Assembly (NCBI GenBank): GCA_965203295.1
Contig: CBDBCZ010000015.1
Location: 352,001 to 416,000, forward strand
Direction: 5' to 3'
Source of the DNA: Nitrospirales bacterium
Lineage (GTDB): Bacteria > Nitrospirota > Nitrospiria > Nitrospirales > UBA8639
DNA length: 64,000 nucleotides
The position numbers and the translations under genes were made by a program. The notes under the pieces are model-generated. The model saw only the letters and a program-made list of their open reading frames with translations. It did not search any database and was not told where the DNA came from. Of the stretch, positions 1 through 11,596 are shown one piece after another. Position 1 is the first letter of the stretch. The number at the start of each line of letters is the position of its first letter.

Positions 1-924
1 GTGCTTAAAATTATTCACTCTTTTTCCATACTAATGCAACCATCAACACTGTCTTGTCTCATTGTCTGCATGACATAGAGAATTCTTCATTGACATCATC
101 TGTCTATAGATGTTGCTAGGGTGCATCACGTTATATTGAGCCCCCATAAAAATGTTCCTTTTGGAACAAATATTTTGGTTTTGCGATGTAATATTTGGAC
201 CTCCCTTGGAAAAAAGTGCCGCATGTACTAACAACCTCCCGTCTTTCAATCATTTGTTGTCAAGCTATGGAGACAGTGGCGGATGATGATTAGAACATCA
301 GCGAATCAGAAGTGTATCATATTAGTAGAAAGAATAATGAAATTTCAGGTCTTGCATAGTTTGATCGTGCTGTCCGGCTCCAAAGCTTCTGCTTAGGTTC
401 AAAGAATCTAGCTACTCAACTCTACTAGCCTGAGATCGATAGTAAGCTCTCAGTAAAGCTTGCACCCAAACTAAGTGATAAACTTGTCCAGAGCAGCGAA
501 TCGTCAGAAACTGTATTTCAGTTTGGGAAGCTAGATAAGTTTTGATAGTGAGCTTGTGCTGTCTGACTCCAGTGTTCATGAGCAGCCATGTCAATTGCCC
601 GAGATGCCTTTATTCAGTGTTCTTTTTAAAAAATAAGAGTTAGTTTTAAAGAAGGAAGAATTAGTCTCAGTTTTAGTTAGCCAACTATAATGAAAATAGA
701 GGTACTAAATAATTCTGTTTTTGTTAACTAATATTAAAAACAAGTATTTCAAAACCAAATTCAACTACAACTGGAACTATAAGGGCACTGGCCTCAGGGA
801 ATCAACTACAACTAAAGTAATTTTTTCCACCAAAATCAACCATCTAGTTATGGTTAACTAATGCTAAAAGTGTTTTAGTAACCTTTTTTTTACTTTACAA
901 TAGTTACATGTGCAGCTATGTCAC

Positions 925-1040
925 AGTGAAGAATATGCACCCAAAATATTCTCCTTGGATACGGTTTTACCCCTCGGCTGCGCCTGGGGTAAAACCACAT
1001 CTGCAGAGGATGTAAAGGCACATATCGTCTACTGAGACGT
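925..1040. mobile_element. Degenerate hairpin element with Crypton-type central motif
   Basis: GGTTTTACCCC-TCGGCTGCGCCT-GGGGTAAAACC inverted repeat around a CTCGGCTNCGCCT core, which resembles non-autonomous Crypton-like repeats. Confidence 0.45.
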
Positions 1041-2792
1041 GGTCTATATCTTGTAACACTGAAGCCATACTCTACAAAGGCACCACATGCAGCAGAGGAG
1101 ATTGGTTCATTAACGTGCGTGTCGTGCTTTTTGCTGCACTTAATTACATTCCATGTTGCATTACAGCATACAATTAGCTCACTGAGAAGCTAAAAAGTAC
1201 AGATTGAAGCTAGGTAGGTATCAACAAAGAGGTATATAGCAAATGCCAAGGTGCCATAGGTGTGACAAGAACGAAAAGCTACACTGACTCAAAACACAGG
1301 TAAGCATAGCTCGTTATAAAGCTGCAATGGCCTGTAGATTATGCAAGATGGTTCCAACGGATCTAGATAGGCAGCAGCTTTCCGTTAGTAGATAAAATCC
1401 ATTATATAGTCTGGCCTTGTAAATAGGAAACGACTGTAGCACTGCAACGACCCAGGGGTTGAGCAGGGTTGACTCGATTTTCTGAAAGCGTATCACAACC
1501 GGATTCCAACAATATGCGTTTTCTTGTATATTGGTATCAGAACTTGGCCAAAACTAGACCAAACTGCTTTTGTACAGGCAGCTCCATAGAGAATCCATAC
1601 AACTCCACAATCACGTAGGCTGTCACATGACTGTATCTAATAGAAAAGCATGGTCTTAGTAGCTCACTAAGACACTACTACAAGTTGAAAATATAACTCT
1701 GTGTCGGTGGTTTAGCTGTATAAACTTTTCGGGCGTCGCACTCGATAATATTATGGCAAGGCCTTGCCCAATTATGCTCTCTTTTTTACCTATTATGTAA
1801 TTCCCCAGTTTTGCCCCTATTATATGCTTTCAACCAGTACCTATTATGCTAATTGTAGTTGTCAAGTGACAGTCTCGTTCATAAATAACAATTAATGGTT
1901 GTACTGTAACACGATCGACACTTCAATATGCATGTAAATGCTGTTCATTAACCCCTTTACCAGTGGATTTCTGCTCCCATAAGACCCTGTCATGCTCAAA
2001 ATTATGCTTAAAAAACCTCCACCTCGTTGTATTACCTAATATACCTTGCCAACAGGTATCTACCAAATTTAGCTACCTCATTAAGCAGGCTTATTTCATT
2101 CAGAGTGCTATTATAGTAACTCTGACCATTCATTAAGTTGACCCTTTAAGGTCCTTTGACACATATATTATGCGTCATTGTGTATTGTGGCCCTAATGCC
2201 CATTGATTCATATATGCGTCATGGACTTAGATCGAGGGGATTTAGGACAACGGAGATTCCCATCATGAATATTGATGTCATAGTGAGTAAAAACTTTATT
2301 TTAGTGCCAAGCAGGGTCATCCCCATGCTGTTGACGAGAAAATTTACAATAAATAACATCTGCCACTTGAATGGACAACGTACAGCTCAGAATTCTAGGA
2401 CTGGAGGCTCAATACCTATATAGATGTATCGTACAATACCTCTACTAATCTGTGAATGTTCGGATCAGATGCTGTTGTGAGAGAGTAAGTGGTGGTGATA
2501 TTCAATTATCATTTGGTATCAACAATCTGCTGCCGCTTGCCACTTTTTGAAGATCAATCGCGCTTGAATCTGACATCAAATCAAAGCTTGGGAGCTCTTC
2601 TCTTCAGTTCTGTGGCGTGTTCAGTCCAAGTCTTCCCCTATTGTGTGCTACAAGGCTTGATTGACAAACTAGTAGCACTATTCCACACCGCTCTAACCGT
2701 AGCTGATAAAGCTTATTGTCCCATCCTAATTAGTAGATCAAAGGCATTAGTGTGCTGGACAAAACTGTTGGCACTGCTGTCGTCATGCAGTC

Positions 2793-2846
2793 ATTACCCC
2801 GCGGCGCGTAGGCGTCGGCGCGGTTAAACGATTGGTTCTGTCTGTT
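2793..2846 (+). mobile_element. Truncated 5' end of a HINE/DINE-1-like (Helentron-derived) element
   Basis: TTACCCCGCGGCGCGTAGGCGTCGGCGCGGTTAA GC-rich hairpin followed by GGTTCTGTCTGT. The rest of the element is absent. Confidence 0.4.
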
Positions 2847-3508
2847 AAGGGGACATGCTGTTAAGGGGACATGTTCTTTCCCTGCGTTAGCTTTCTCTTT
2901 CTCACAATGGAGTTACAAAACATCTTAAACAGCCCACTCAAACCTACAGCTCGTTTGATGTCTGTGTAGCTTGCCACTGGACTCCAGTTCAACTTGATTA
3001 CAGTTAGCCACTGGCCTGACTTTGAACTGAACTGTGCTTGAAGCTAGCCTCCAGTATCCTTAGAAACTGGAGGGCTTTCTATGGATACTGGAGGAGTTGA
3101 CTCCTAATTAGATTTGGAAGCAGTGACAACTTTTTGTCCACATGCTACTTAAAAACCAACTAAAATAACCCTTGTACTAAAACTAACACATCTACATGTA
3201 TGCAATACTAATAGAGTGCAGATATGAAAAGGAGTAGCAGACAGTGATCATGCACTATCCATTTGGCTAGCCTACTTGTATCTTGCAATGAACATTCCAC
3301 GTTCATGTGCAGGGGGTACGAAACGTCCTGCAGGCACATGTGGTACAGTGTGTGTACTGGGTATAGCCAACTACCTCACTGGCTCAAAGCTAAAGTATGT
3401 TCACCTCATATATTGCCTTTGTATGCTCATTGTTATGTCATGATTACTATTATTGGTAGTAATTACTAATAGTGATCACCTGTGGTTGAAAGTACAGTAT
3501 AAGTAGTG

Positions 3509-3609
3509 TAGCATTGCACCCAGACCTTCCTACCCCAGCTTTTGTCGGGCAGCCGTGGGTGGAGGTAGTGAGACAGTAGCTGGGGTGGGAAGGCCTGGGT
3601 ACTCGGCCA
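3509..3609. mobile_element. Degenerate TAG...CTA-family hairpin MITE
   Basis: ACCCAGACCTTCCTACCCCAGCT ... AGCTGGGGTGGGAAGGCCTGGGT inverted arms. Confidence 0.55.
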
Positions 3610-5925
3610 TGAGAAGCGAGGAAAAAATACAGCAACCACATACATTGTATAAAAATATGTACTTACATACTTTCCTTGGCCTGCCAGTATGTTAAGTGCT
3701 GAAATGGACGTACTATAAAAATCAATGTTGGTGTACGAGAAAGACTTTGATCTCATGTCTTCATTTTTTTTGATTGTTTATCACATACTCACACCCCTAA
3801 AGAATCCAAGAAATATCAATTGCCCTACCCCAGGAAACATTGTCTGGCAAAGTGAGTAGGTACGTGAAGGTGCTAAGGATGGGTGGAGTCTCACCCAGTG
3901 ACGTTGTTGACCTCATCAATAGTTATTCTATTGACCGTGGTACATAAACACAAGAAGAGGTTTGTGAGTGGAGTTGGCAGTTAATGTACAGTCTGTTACC
4001 ATTTTAGGAAAGTACTTCTTCAATACCTTCGCCATACAACGTCATTGAAAGTACACTGTATGTACACACTTTATATTCTTGTATAGGCCAGTTGCAATGT
4101 TTGGTTATCAATGCAAGGTACATGTACATATAAGACAAAGCTGCAGCAACAAAATTGCTATACATCTTGGCTTTACCTTTACTATCATTGACTGTTTTCA
4201 AATTACTTCTAGAACATGGTCATACTGCTGTCAGGGCATAGCAAGAACTGTTACGTGCCGTGAGCACTATCCGACTTTTTATGTACGTGCTATCACGATA
4301 GTAGTGCCAACACATCTGGCTGAAGTCCAGGAGCAAGACTGTAACACATATGACAGTATACATAATCACACACCATACAAACGGCTGCTCTTTGAATAAT
4401 ACGGAGTGGCTAGAGCTAAGTGCACTGGAGGCTTTGTTTTTCTTCTTGCCAGAGTTAGCTTTTGTTTACTGAATCTGTCGTACCTGTAAGTCTGAAAGCT
4501 ACTCTATACACTGCCTTCTAGAGATGGTCGGTAGCTGAACATCTTATTGTGCTATCTGCATGCGCACCCACTTCACAGATTGAACACTAAGTGTATACAG
4601 TATATAGTCACGGACTTCCAGTAGTGAGGGGACCCTAGCAGGGTATGCTGGGAGGTTTCTCTTTGTACAATTGGCAGATTTTAACTGGAGACCATTGAAT
4701 AGGTTTGAGGGAAAGGGCATGTGGCAATACTTAATTCCCACTATAGAGCATAGAGTATGCAGCTAATTGGTGCTGTGGATGGTAGTGCATTTGCAAAGCA
4801 GTAATGAAACAAAGGTCTAGTAGCTCATTGTAATACTTATACAGATGATGCACATGCCAAAGTTGTGCCCGTTATGATTCATTGATGTTTAATCACCAGG
4901 TACAATGGAATACGCCATTGACATGTGCACCATGCAGCTGATAAGAGCTTGTCCCATTAGACTGAAAAAGAAAACCACTCGACATTACATATGAACAGAG
5001 GAGGGCCTCACCATGCATGAATGAGAGCGTTTATTGAATAATCATATCCACTAAGCAGCCCCATAACCAGCCCTGGGTATGAGGCTACCACTAATGTCAA
5101 TTTCATTGATATTGTGAGGCTCAAATGAAGAATTTTACACTCATTCAACTCAACAGGTGCACTATTCTCTCTCTGAACTGAACCTGCACAACAAAGAATC
5201 AGTCCTGAATTTACCTCATGTTAATTATTTGCTCTTGTGTAACTACGTACCAATATGATGAGCATGTACTAATTAAGTGGGTCTTTACAGCTCATTCATA
5301 TTGTGTATATCCCATTTTAGGAATGTTCTATAAACCAATGCATTCAATCGTAACCTGCCGCCCCTGCAGGTGACTGGCCTCAAAGCCCCATGAGACATAC
5401 ACAAACATCTGGTGATTACATAGAGCTCCATAAGGGAGTTGGGTCTCTTCATCAACATGGAATTTCTTGGTAGCTGATTCTATTGGTAAAGGAAATAATT
5501 GCCCTTGCTAGGCCTTTGGTGCACACCACTCAGTGGCACTTGGCTTGGCTGGTGCACCATAGATAATACAGACTTTGGTTTACGGTTTATATTATCTATG
5601 GGTGCACCATGCAGCACCAATTTGGCAATTTTCATACACCTTAAGTTTGAGCACACTCTAGACTAATTACACCACTTAAAGATTAAGTCATGCATTACGC
5701 AATAGGCTGCTAAAGGCAATATGAATGTATACAGTACTTCTGCACTATTTGGTTTCAAATTTCTAGGTGAATCACAAGTGGTTGTAAGGAGATTACTCCA
5801 ATGTACTATTCTGATTATACCTGAAAAGAGCATAATATGCCTTGCTCCTACAGTGTACATGTAGCACAATCTATACACTAGCTGCAGTTAAAGACATTGT
5901 GTTTTACATGTACATATCCGGTTAA

Positions 5926-6564
5926 GGTCAGGCCCAACCGGAAGTGAAGAAATATTGAAAATTCATGACCGTGTACGGTTTCGACGCCCATAGCTCGACA
6001 ACACTGCGATACAAGGCCGTAAAAACTATGCAGGGCTAGAGTATAGACGCTAGAGAAAGCTTTGGAACAAGAATTATGTCGATACGTGGAGTATTTCTAC
6101 CGTACAGGTGCGAAATTCACTCATCTGCTTAAAACACATTCGCGGTAAATCCCTCCGAATCCAAGAGACAGATGTAGCTGAAGCCACGACTGTATCTGTA
6201 GGACTATGGATTACATGTCCAGACATCGAGAATGAAGACTTATCGCCCTCCGTTGGAGAGTAATGGCCATAATTGTTGATTTTTAAAGTCGGCTCTGTAC
6301 GCACAGGAAAAAGGCGATAAGTCTTCGTTCTCGATGTCTGGACATGTAGACCCTGTAGAAGTTTAGCATATCCGCGAATCAAACCTAGAGGTAGCTCGCG
6401 AGTCCTGGGATTTACCGCGACAGATTGTTCTGGCAACTCACTAACGCTTTCACTTAGTACATGAAAGTATTACTTATCATAATACATGAAGTATTATATT
6501 ATCTAAGGTTGCCATAGGTACCAAGCGGCGTGCGCAGCGTAGGAACTTCCGGTTGGGCCTAACC
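5926..6564. mobile_element. Kolobok-like non-autonomous DNA transposon (639 bp)
   Basis: TTAA at 5922-5925 and 6565-6568. ~20-bp TIRs GGTCAGGCCCAACCGGAAGT / ACTTCCGGTTGGGCCTAACC with 5'-GG termini. Confidence 0.85.
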
Positions 6565-6668
6565 TTAACAATTAACACTCAACGCAAATAGGAACTTAAC
6601 TGTATAATGGAACAGTTTTGCATATCAGCTTTCTGCCTACTGTATTCATGTCTTCTACCTTGACTCAC

Positions 6669-6851
6669 TCTGACTCTCTCTTCAATGGGCAGTAATGCTG
6701 TCTGTCTTCCAATGTCCTCTGGTAGTATGGGAGTTGGGGTACAACTCCACTGGTAGAAACACTGAACTGTTTGCTATGTGACAATCCATCAGCTGCGTGC
6801 ATCATTCCCTCTGTGCTCTCAGACACCAGCGTTAATCCATAGCCAGGAGAT
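6669..6851 (-). pseudogene. RCL1: Orphan RCL1 (RNA 3'-phosphate cyclase-like) internal exon, frameshifted
   Basis: AG/GT-bounded. Translates SPGYGLTLVSESTEG...(frameshift)...PILPEDIGRQTALLPIEERVR, matching the RCL1 segment SPGFGLSLVAETT...LPEDLG...LLEEI. Confidence 0.8.
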
Positions 6852-7435
6852 CTACACAGTAAATATTTTTTTTGCGGTGAAGTAAACATATACAATAGTT
6901 ATAATTGGGGTATTACAAAATGCAGGATTCAATAGCAAGGCAAAGAACAAAAACGAGACAATGCAGAACAAAAATAAAGTGCCAAAATGTAGTAAACAAA
7001 ATACAAACTAACAAATAATATTATTTAAGGGGGAAAATGTGAGAAAATTAGCAGTCTTGTTACTTTCACTGGGGAATTATAATATGAACGTGGGCAGAGA
7101 TCAGCTAGCCCCACCCATTGGCAGTGCATCTTAACTGATAATAAATTATTTAAATACCGCATACCTAGCATACCCACGTGATTAATATCCCTTTCCCAGC
7201 CTACACTTTAACCTTGATTGCTAATTATCTATGCGCAGTCTAGCCAACTTCTAATACACACCATAAATAGTACTCTACTATCTATGTACCCAACCAAGGG
7301 GTCGCTCTCGCGATCAGTCTCTTTCCGGCTTGTGAGACTAAGCGATCCCATGGTGGGTAGAAGTTGGCGCTAACTAGCTAGGTATTAACATAGATAATAA
7401 AGTCTACGCTATAGGTACATATATTAACTAGCTAC

Positions 7436-7800
<365 letters not shown>

Positions 7801-7909
7801 GGCAAGCGTGAGACTTCGACCTGCCTGTTTGCCTCCATTGCCACGCCCCTTAATATTTAAGGTTACGGGATACTGACCCGCTTTGATTTAATAGTCTAGT
7901 GAGTGAACG

Positions 7910-8486
7910 ATGAATATCTTTGCAACTATAGGCCCATGCGAAATGGATCGATCCCCGGAGAATGAACGAGTTGCGCTGAAAGAATCTACGAATTTGCGAG
8001 AAGGACGCTTCTCCTATAGTGAAATCTACGAGTATGTTGCAATGAGGTCCTACCCTGAAGGATTCACCAAAGAGGACAAACTAGCTATCAGGAAGAGATC
8101 AAAGTACTTTGCAGTCAAAAAAGAGAATCTCTACTATGTTGGAGGTAAGTACAATGATGCTATAGATTGTTGCTACAGCCTATCACAGAGCAAGGGGGGA
8201 CAATCCAGGCCGACTTCGACTGGACCAGAGCCAAATGAGGCAACATCTTCTGCGCTGTTTTGAAGCACAGGCTCTGGCACCATTCCCAACACTCGAAGGT
8301 GGCCAGAGCACTACAGTGAGCACAAAAAAACACATTTTCATTCATTTATACTGCACATGTAAGATGCCAGAGAGCTACGATACAAGAATGGTTCAGTGTG
8401 ATGACTGTGACACCTGGTATCATTTTAAGTGCGTAGGAATCAGGAAGGAACCTGAACATTATGTATGTCCTTCCTGTCTGTTGTAA
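7910..8486 (+). pseudogene. Internally deleted Ginger/gypsy-integrase-like gene: integrase N-terminus, Ulp1-protease C-terminal tail and PHD finger
   Basis: YSEIYEYV...YPEGFTKEDKLAIRKRSKYFAVKKENLYY, then MRQHLLRCFE..LAPFP and the C4HC3 PHD CTCKMP...MVQCDDCDTWYHFKCVG...CPSC. No catalytic core is present. Confidence 0.7.
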
Positions 8487-8517
8487 GTATAGCTACCACT
8501 TCATTTGTTATTGCATG

Positions 8518-8886
8518 CATAGCTATATGTCTATGTATTGTTTAGTTACTTTAATTTGTGTATTGTTTAGTTACTTTAAATTGCGTTGTATGTTTTGTTT
8601 ACTTTGTATGCACACACTACATTTGTGACTGCATTTTTATTGCACATGGCATGATCTTAATGGAAACTTAAATACTTTAATAATATTATTATAAGCGTGA
8701 CATAGCTATATGTCAATCTATGTTACAGTATTGTTTAGTTACTTTAATTTGCATTGTATCTGTTTTGTTTACTTTGTATATGCACCCACTACATTTGTGA
8801 CTGCATTTTTATTGCACATGGCATGATCTTAGAAACTTACAATACTCTAATAATATTGCTATAAGCCTGACATAGCTAATATGTCT
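8518..8886 (+). repeat. Tandem duplication (~183 bp x2) downstream of the PHD ORF
   Basis: CATAGCTATATGTC...TATAAGC(G/C)TGA unit starts at 8518 and 8701, with a third start at ~8871. Confidence 0.8.
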
Positions 8887-8896
8887 ACGCAAAATC

Positions 8897-9138
8897 TGGC
8901 CCATTATACCGGTAGAATGGGCAGAGGGGTCCCCATTCTACCGGTATTTTAGGGACCCCGGGTCCCCAATTTACCGGTAGAATAGGGACCCCTAAGGGTC
9001 CCTATTTTCACGAAGGGGTCCCTATTATACCGGTAAATTGGGGACCCGGGTTAGGGTTAGGGTTACCCCGTCCCCATTCTACCGGTAGTTTAGGGACCCC
9101 GGGTCCCCAATTTAGGGGGTCCCCAAAATACCTTGACA
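8897..9138. repeat. Ginger-like terminal region with repeated GGGGTCCCC / TACCGGTA motifs and (GGGTTA)3
   Basis: Multiple direct and inverted copies of these motifs. The region ends TTGACA followed by CCGT, like a Ginger TGTNR terminus and 4-bp target. Confidence 0.6.
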
Positions 9139-9150
9139 CCGTAACCTTAA

Positions 9151-9347
9151 CCGAAAAATTTTCAATCAGATTTCCAGAAGCAGGCGTGGCTTAGCGGTAA
9201 TCGCCTCGCCTTCCAATGAAAAGGTCGCTTGGATTTTTCCTTTTTTCTTATCTGAATGTAGGAGTTATGCAGATATAAAAGAAGAAAATATTCTTCTCCT
9301 GTCACCAACACCCTCGTTGTGCTGGGAGCAGTAGCGCAGTGTCTGGA
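9151..9347 (+). repeat. tRNA-derived repeat, copy 1 (continues from 7800-7860), B box deleted
   Basis: A-box-like GTGGCTTAGCGG and a second GTAGCGCAGT. Colinear with the reverse complement of 62660-62885. Confidence 0.7.
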
Positions 9348-9542
9348 CATATGCTCAGCGATTTGCGAAGCCGAGTTTCAGTACACAAGTTTTGTAGGAC
9401 TTTTAATTCCGTGGCTATATAGTCTTTGAGTACATGTATATCGGATGAATTTTTTACACTGCGCGGATCGGTTTTCACCACGATGCTCGGTGCATCAAAG
9501 GTCTATGTATAGCATGCGCAAGGCGGCATAGTTACAAATGCC

Positions 9543-10240
9543 AAAAAGTCTCACAAACATATCCTTCTATAAAAGTCTCACAAGTCTAAAAAAAACTCAC
9601 AAGCGTCCTTCAAGGCATGCACGTATGAAAAAAGTCTCGCAAATCATAAAAAGTCTCACAAGCGTCCTTCAATGCATGCACGTACGGAAAAGGTCTCACA
9701 AATCATAAAAAGTCTCACAAACGTCCCTCAACCCATGCACGTACGGAAAAAGTCTCACCAACGTCCTTCAATGCATGCACGTACGGAAAAGGTCTCACAA
9801 ATCATAAGAAGTCTCACAAACGTCCTTCAATGCATGCACGTACGGAAAAGGTCTCACAAATCATAAAAGTCTCACAAACGACCTTCAAGGCATGCACGTA
9901 CGGAAAAGGTCTCACAAATCATAAAAAGTCTCACAAACGTCCCTCAACGCACAAATCATAAAAGTCTCACAAACGACCTTCAAGGCATGCACGTACGGAA
10001 AAGGTCTCACAAATCATAAAAAGTCTCACAAACGTCCCTCAACGCATGCACGTACGGAAAAAGTCTCACAAATCATAAAAAATCTCACAAACGTCCTTCA
10101 ACGCATGCACGTACGGAAAAAGTCTCACAAATCATAACGACCTTTTAAGGCATTCACGTATGAAAGAAGTCTCAATTATAAAAGTCTCACAAATCATGCA
10201 AAGTCTTCCAAACGTCAGGCCTTCAAGGCATGGACGAAAA
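9543..10240 (+). repeat. Minisatellite of ~59-bp units, each with two AAAAGTCTCACAAA sub-repeats
   Basis: About a dozen degenerate copies of GCATGCACGTACGGAAAAGGTCTCACAAATCATAAAAAGTCTCACAAACGTCCTTCAA. Confidence 0.9.
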
Positions 10241-10599
10241 AGAAGTATCTAGAAGTATTCCGGTATTCTTGAAGGTGACTTGTTGGTATGAAAAATGTCC
10301 CATAAAAAATTGCACGAAGTTTGACAAACATCCTTCAAGGCATGCATGCATGCAAGTACGAAAATTAATGTCTGCATGATAATTAATTTAATCTTCTCCT
10401 GCATGCAGGATTTTACAAGTGGGGTAAAACCTCTCGAAATTTTTCTTAGTATTCCATTTAGTATCACAGTGCAAGCAGTGAATCTGAATGCAATTCAACG
10501 AAACAGGTCTCTCCTCACTATAAGCAAAAAGTAATCATAAAGAACTCAAACTAAATAAACAAAGGACTATAACAACAGAACGGGCGTGCATGAAATACG

Positions 10600-11037
10600 T
10601 TACTTACTCTTAGGCAATACAGGCTTTTTCCCGTGTTCATAACATTTAGCAGTGTACGCATTTCTCCTCAGCACCATTCTGTGCAAAAAAAGAGAGGTGG
10701 TGCTGCTTACTCATCGCACAAACGGTCCGCTTGAACCTAGCAGCCCAAACAAATGTCTGTTCTCCTGCTTGTGTGTTCAGTTTTAAATCAGGGTACTTGG
10801 CTTGTATGTGGTCGGGGTTATAGTTTACATGGCGCGTGGGCCTGGTGTGATTCCTTAAATGAAATCTGTCAATGACTTTAGTCACATTTGACCATAACTT
10901 GTCCATTGGTGGTGGAAGGGGGAGGGGCTTCTTTGTAACTCTCAGCTGGTCTAAATTGCACATGTTGTCATACGCCAAAATAACAGGAGGCAAGGTGTTG
11001 TGGCAACCAAGCTTGGTGACAAGGGCTACTATAGCCA
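10600..11037 (-). pseudogene. KDZ (Kyakuja-Dileera-Zisupton)/Dada-like transposase, C-terminal exon, frameshifted
   Basis: Motifs LAYDNMCNL, IDRFHLRNH and NTQAGEQTFVW, then after a frameshift FLHRMVLRRNAYT...KKPVLPKSK*. AG acceptor at 11038-11039. Confidence 0.75.
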
Positions 11038-11596
11038 CTGTATAAGTATAAGGAATACTTGGGATGGAGATTCTGACCTGTACAGGTGTATAACACATTC
11101 ATAATTAATATTGAGCCAAGTATTAAGCTATATAATATGCATGTGTATATCCTATAATATCCAGAATGCTATTTTTTGCTGTAATAATCAAAATAGGCAT
11201 TTCTGCTGCTTAGGGAACAATTGTTTACTGTATATCTACTGTTTTCCATGCAGAGATATTTGTTTCCAAATTTGAAGCAAATATAATGTAAGATGTACGT
11301 GGTAGCTATAACCTCACAGACTAATACATGTGGGATTTGAGACTATCTCTTCAAGCAAATAATCTGCATGGGGATTGATTGCTATTAAATTAACTGCATG
11401 TATACTGTATATGCCATGCAGAGATAACAATTGAACCTCACTTGTACAGTGGCTGCCAGGACCTACAAAATGGACCTACTTGAACTCCCCTTCTCAAATC
11501 ACTGATTATATCTGAATGGGGGTGGGGCTGTCTAGATCTGTACCTGTACGCATACGCACAGTATTCAGAACTGTGTGAGCGCATAGATATTATCTA

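Larger units (their letters stand above)
7861..9146 (+). mobile_element. TTAA-flanked composite element (Kolobok-like 8-bp TIR shell) with Ginger-like cargo
   Basis: TTAA|GGTTACGG ... CCGTAACC|TTAA. Joining the two flanks recreates the uninterrupted repeat seen reverse-complemented at ~62860-62925. Confidence 0.8.

Noticed and set aside
2138..2235. piggyBac-like left end (CCCTTTAAGG...CATATATGCGTCA)
   Set aside because: The TTAA is degenerate and no matching right end was found.
2489..2827. 112-aa ORF with SNQSL resembling a late RCL1 exon
   Set aside because: Only a 4-5 residue match, with no supporting splice sites or flanking motifs.
3835..5490. Several AG/GT-bounded exon-like pieces
   Set aside because: They contain stops and I cannot assign a family or consistent frame.
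9543..10240. CRISPR-like array
   Set aside because: There are no unique spacers and no cas genes. It is a eukaryotic minisatellite.
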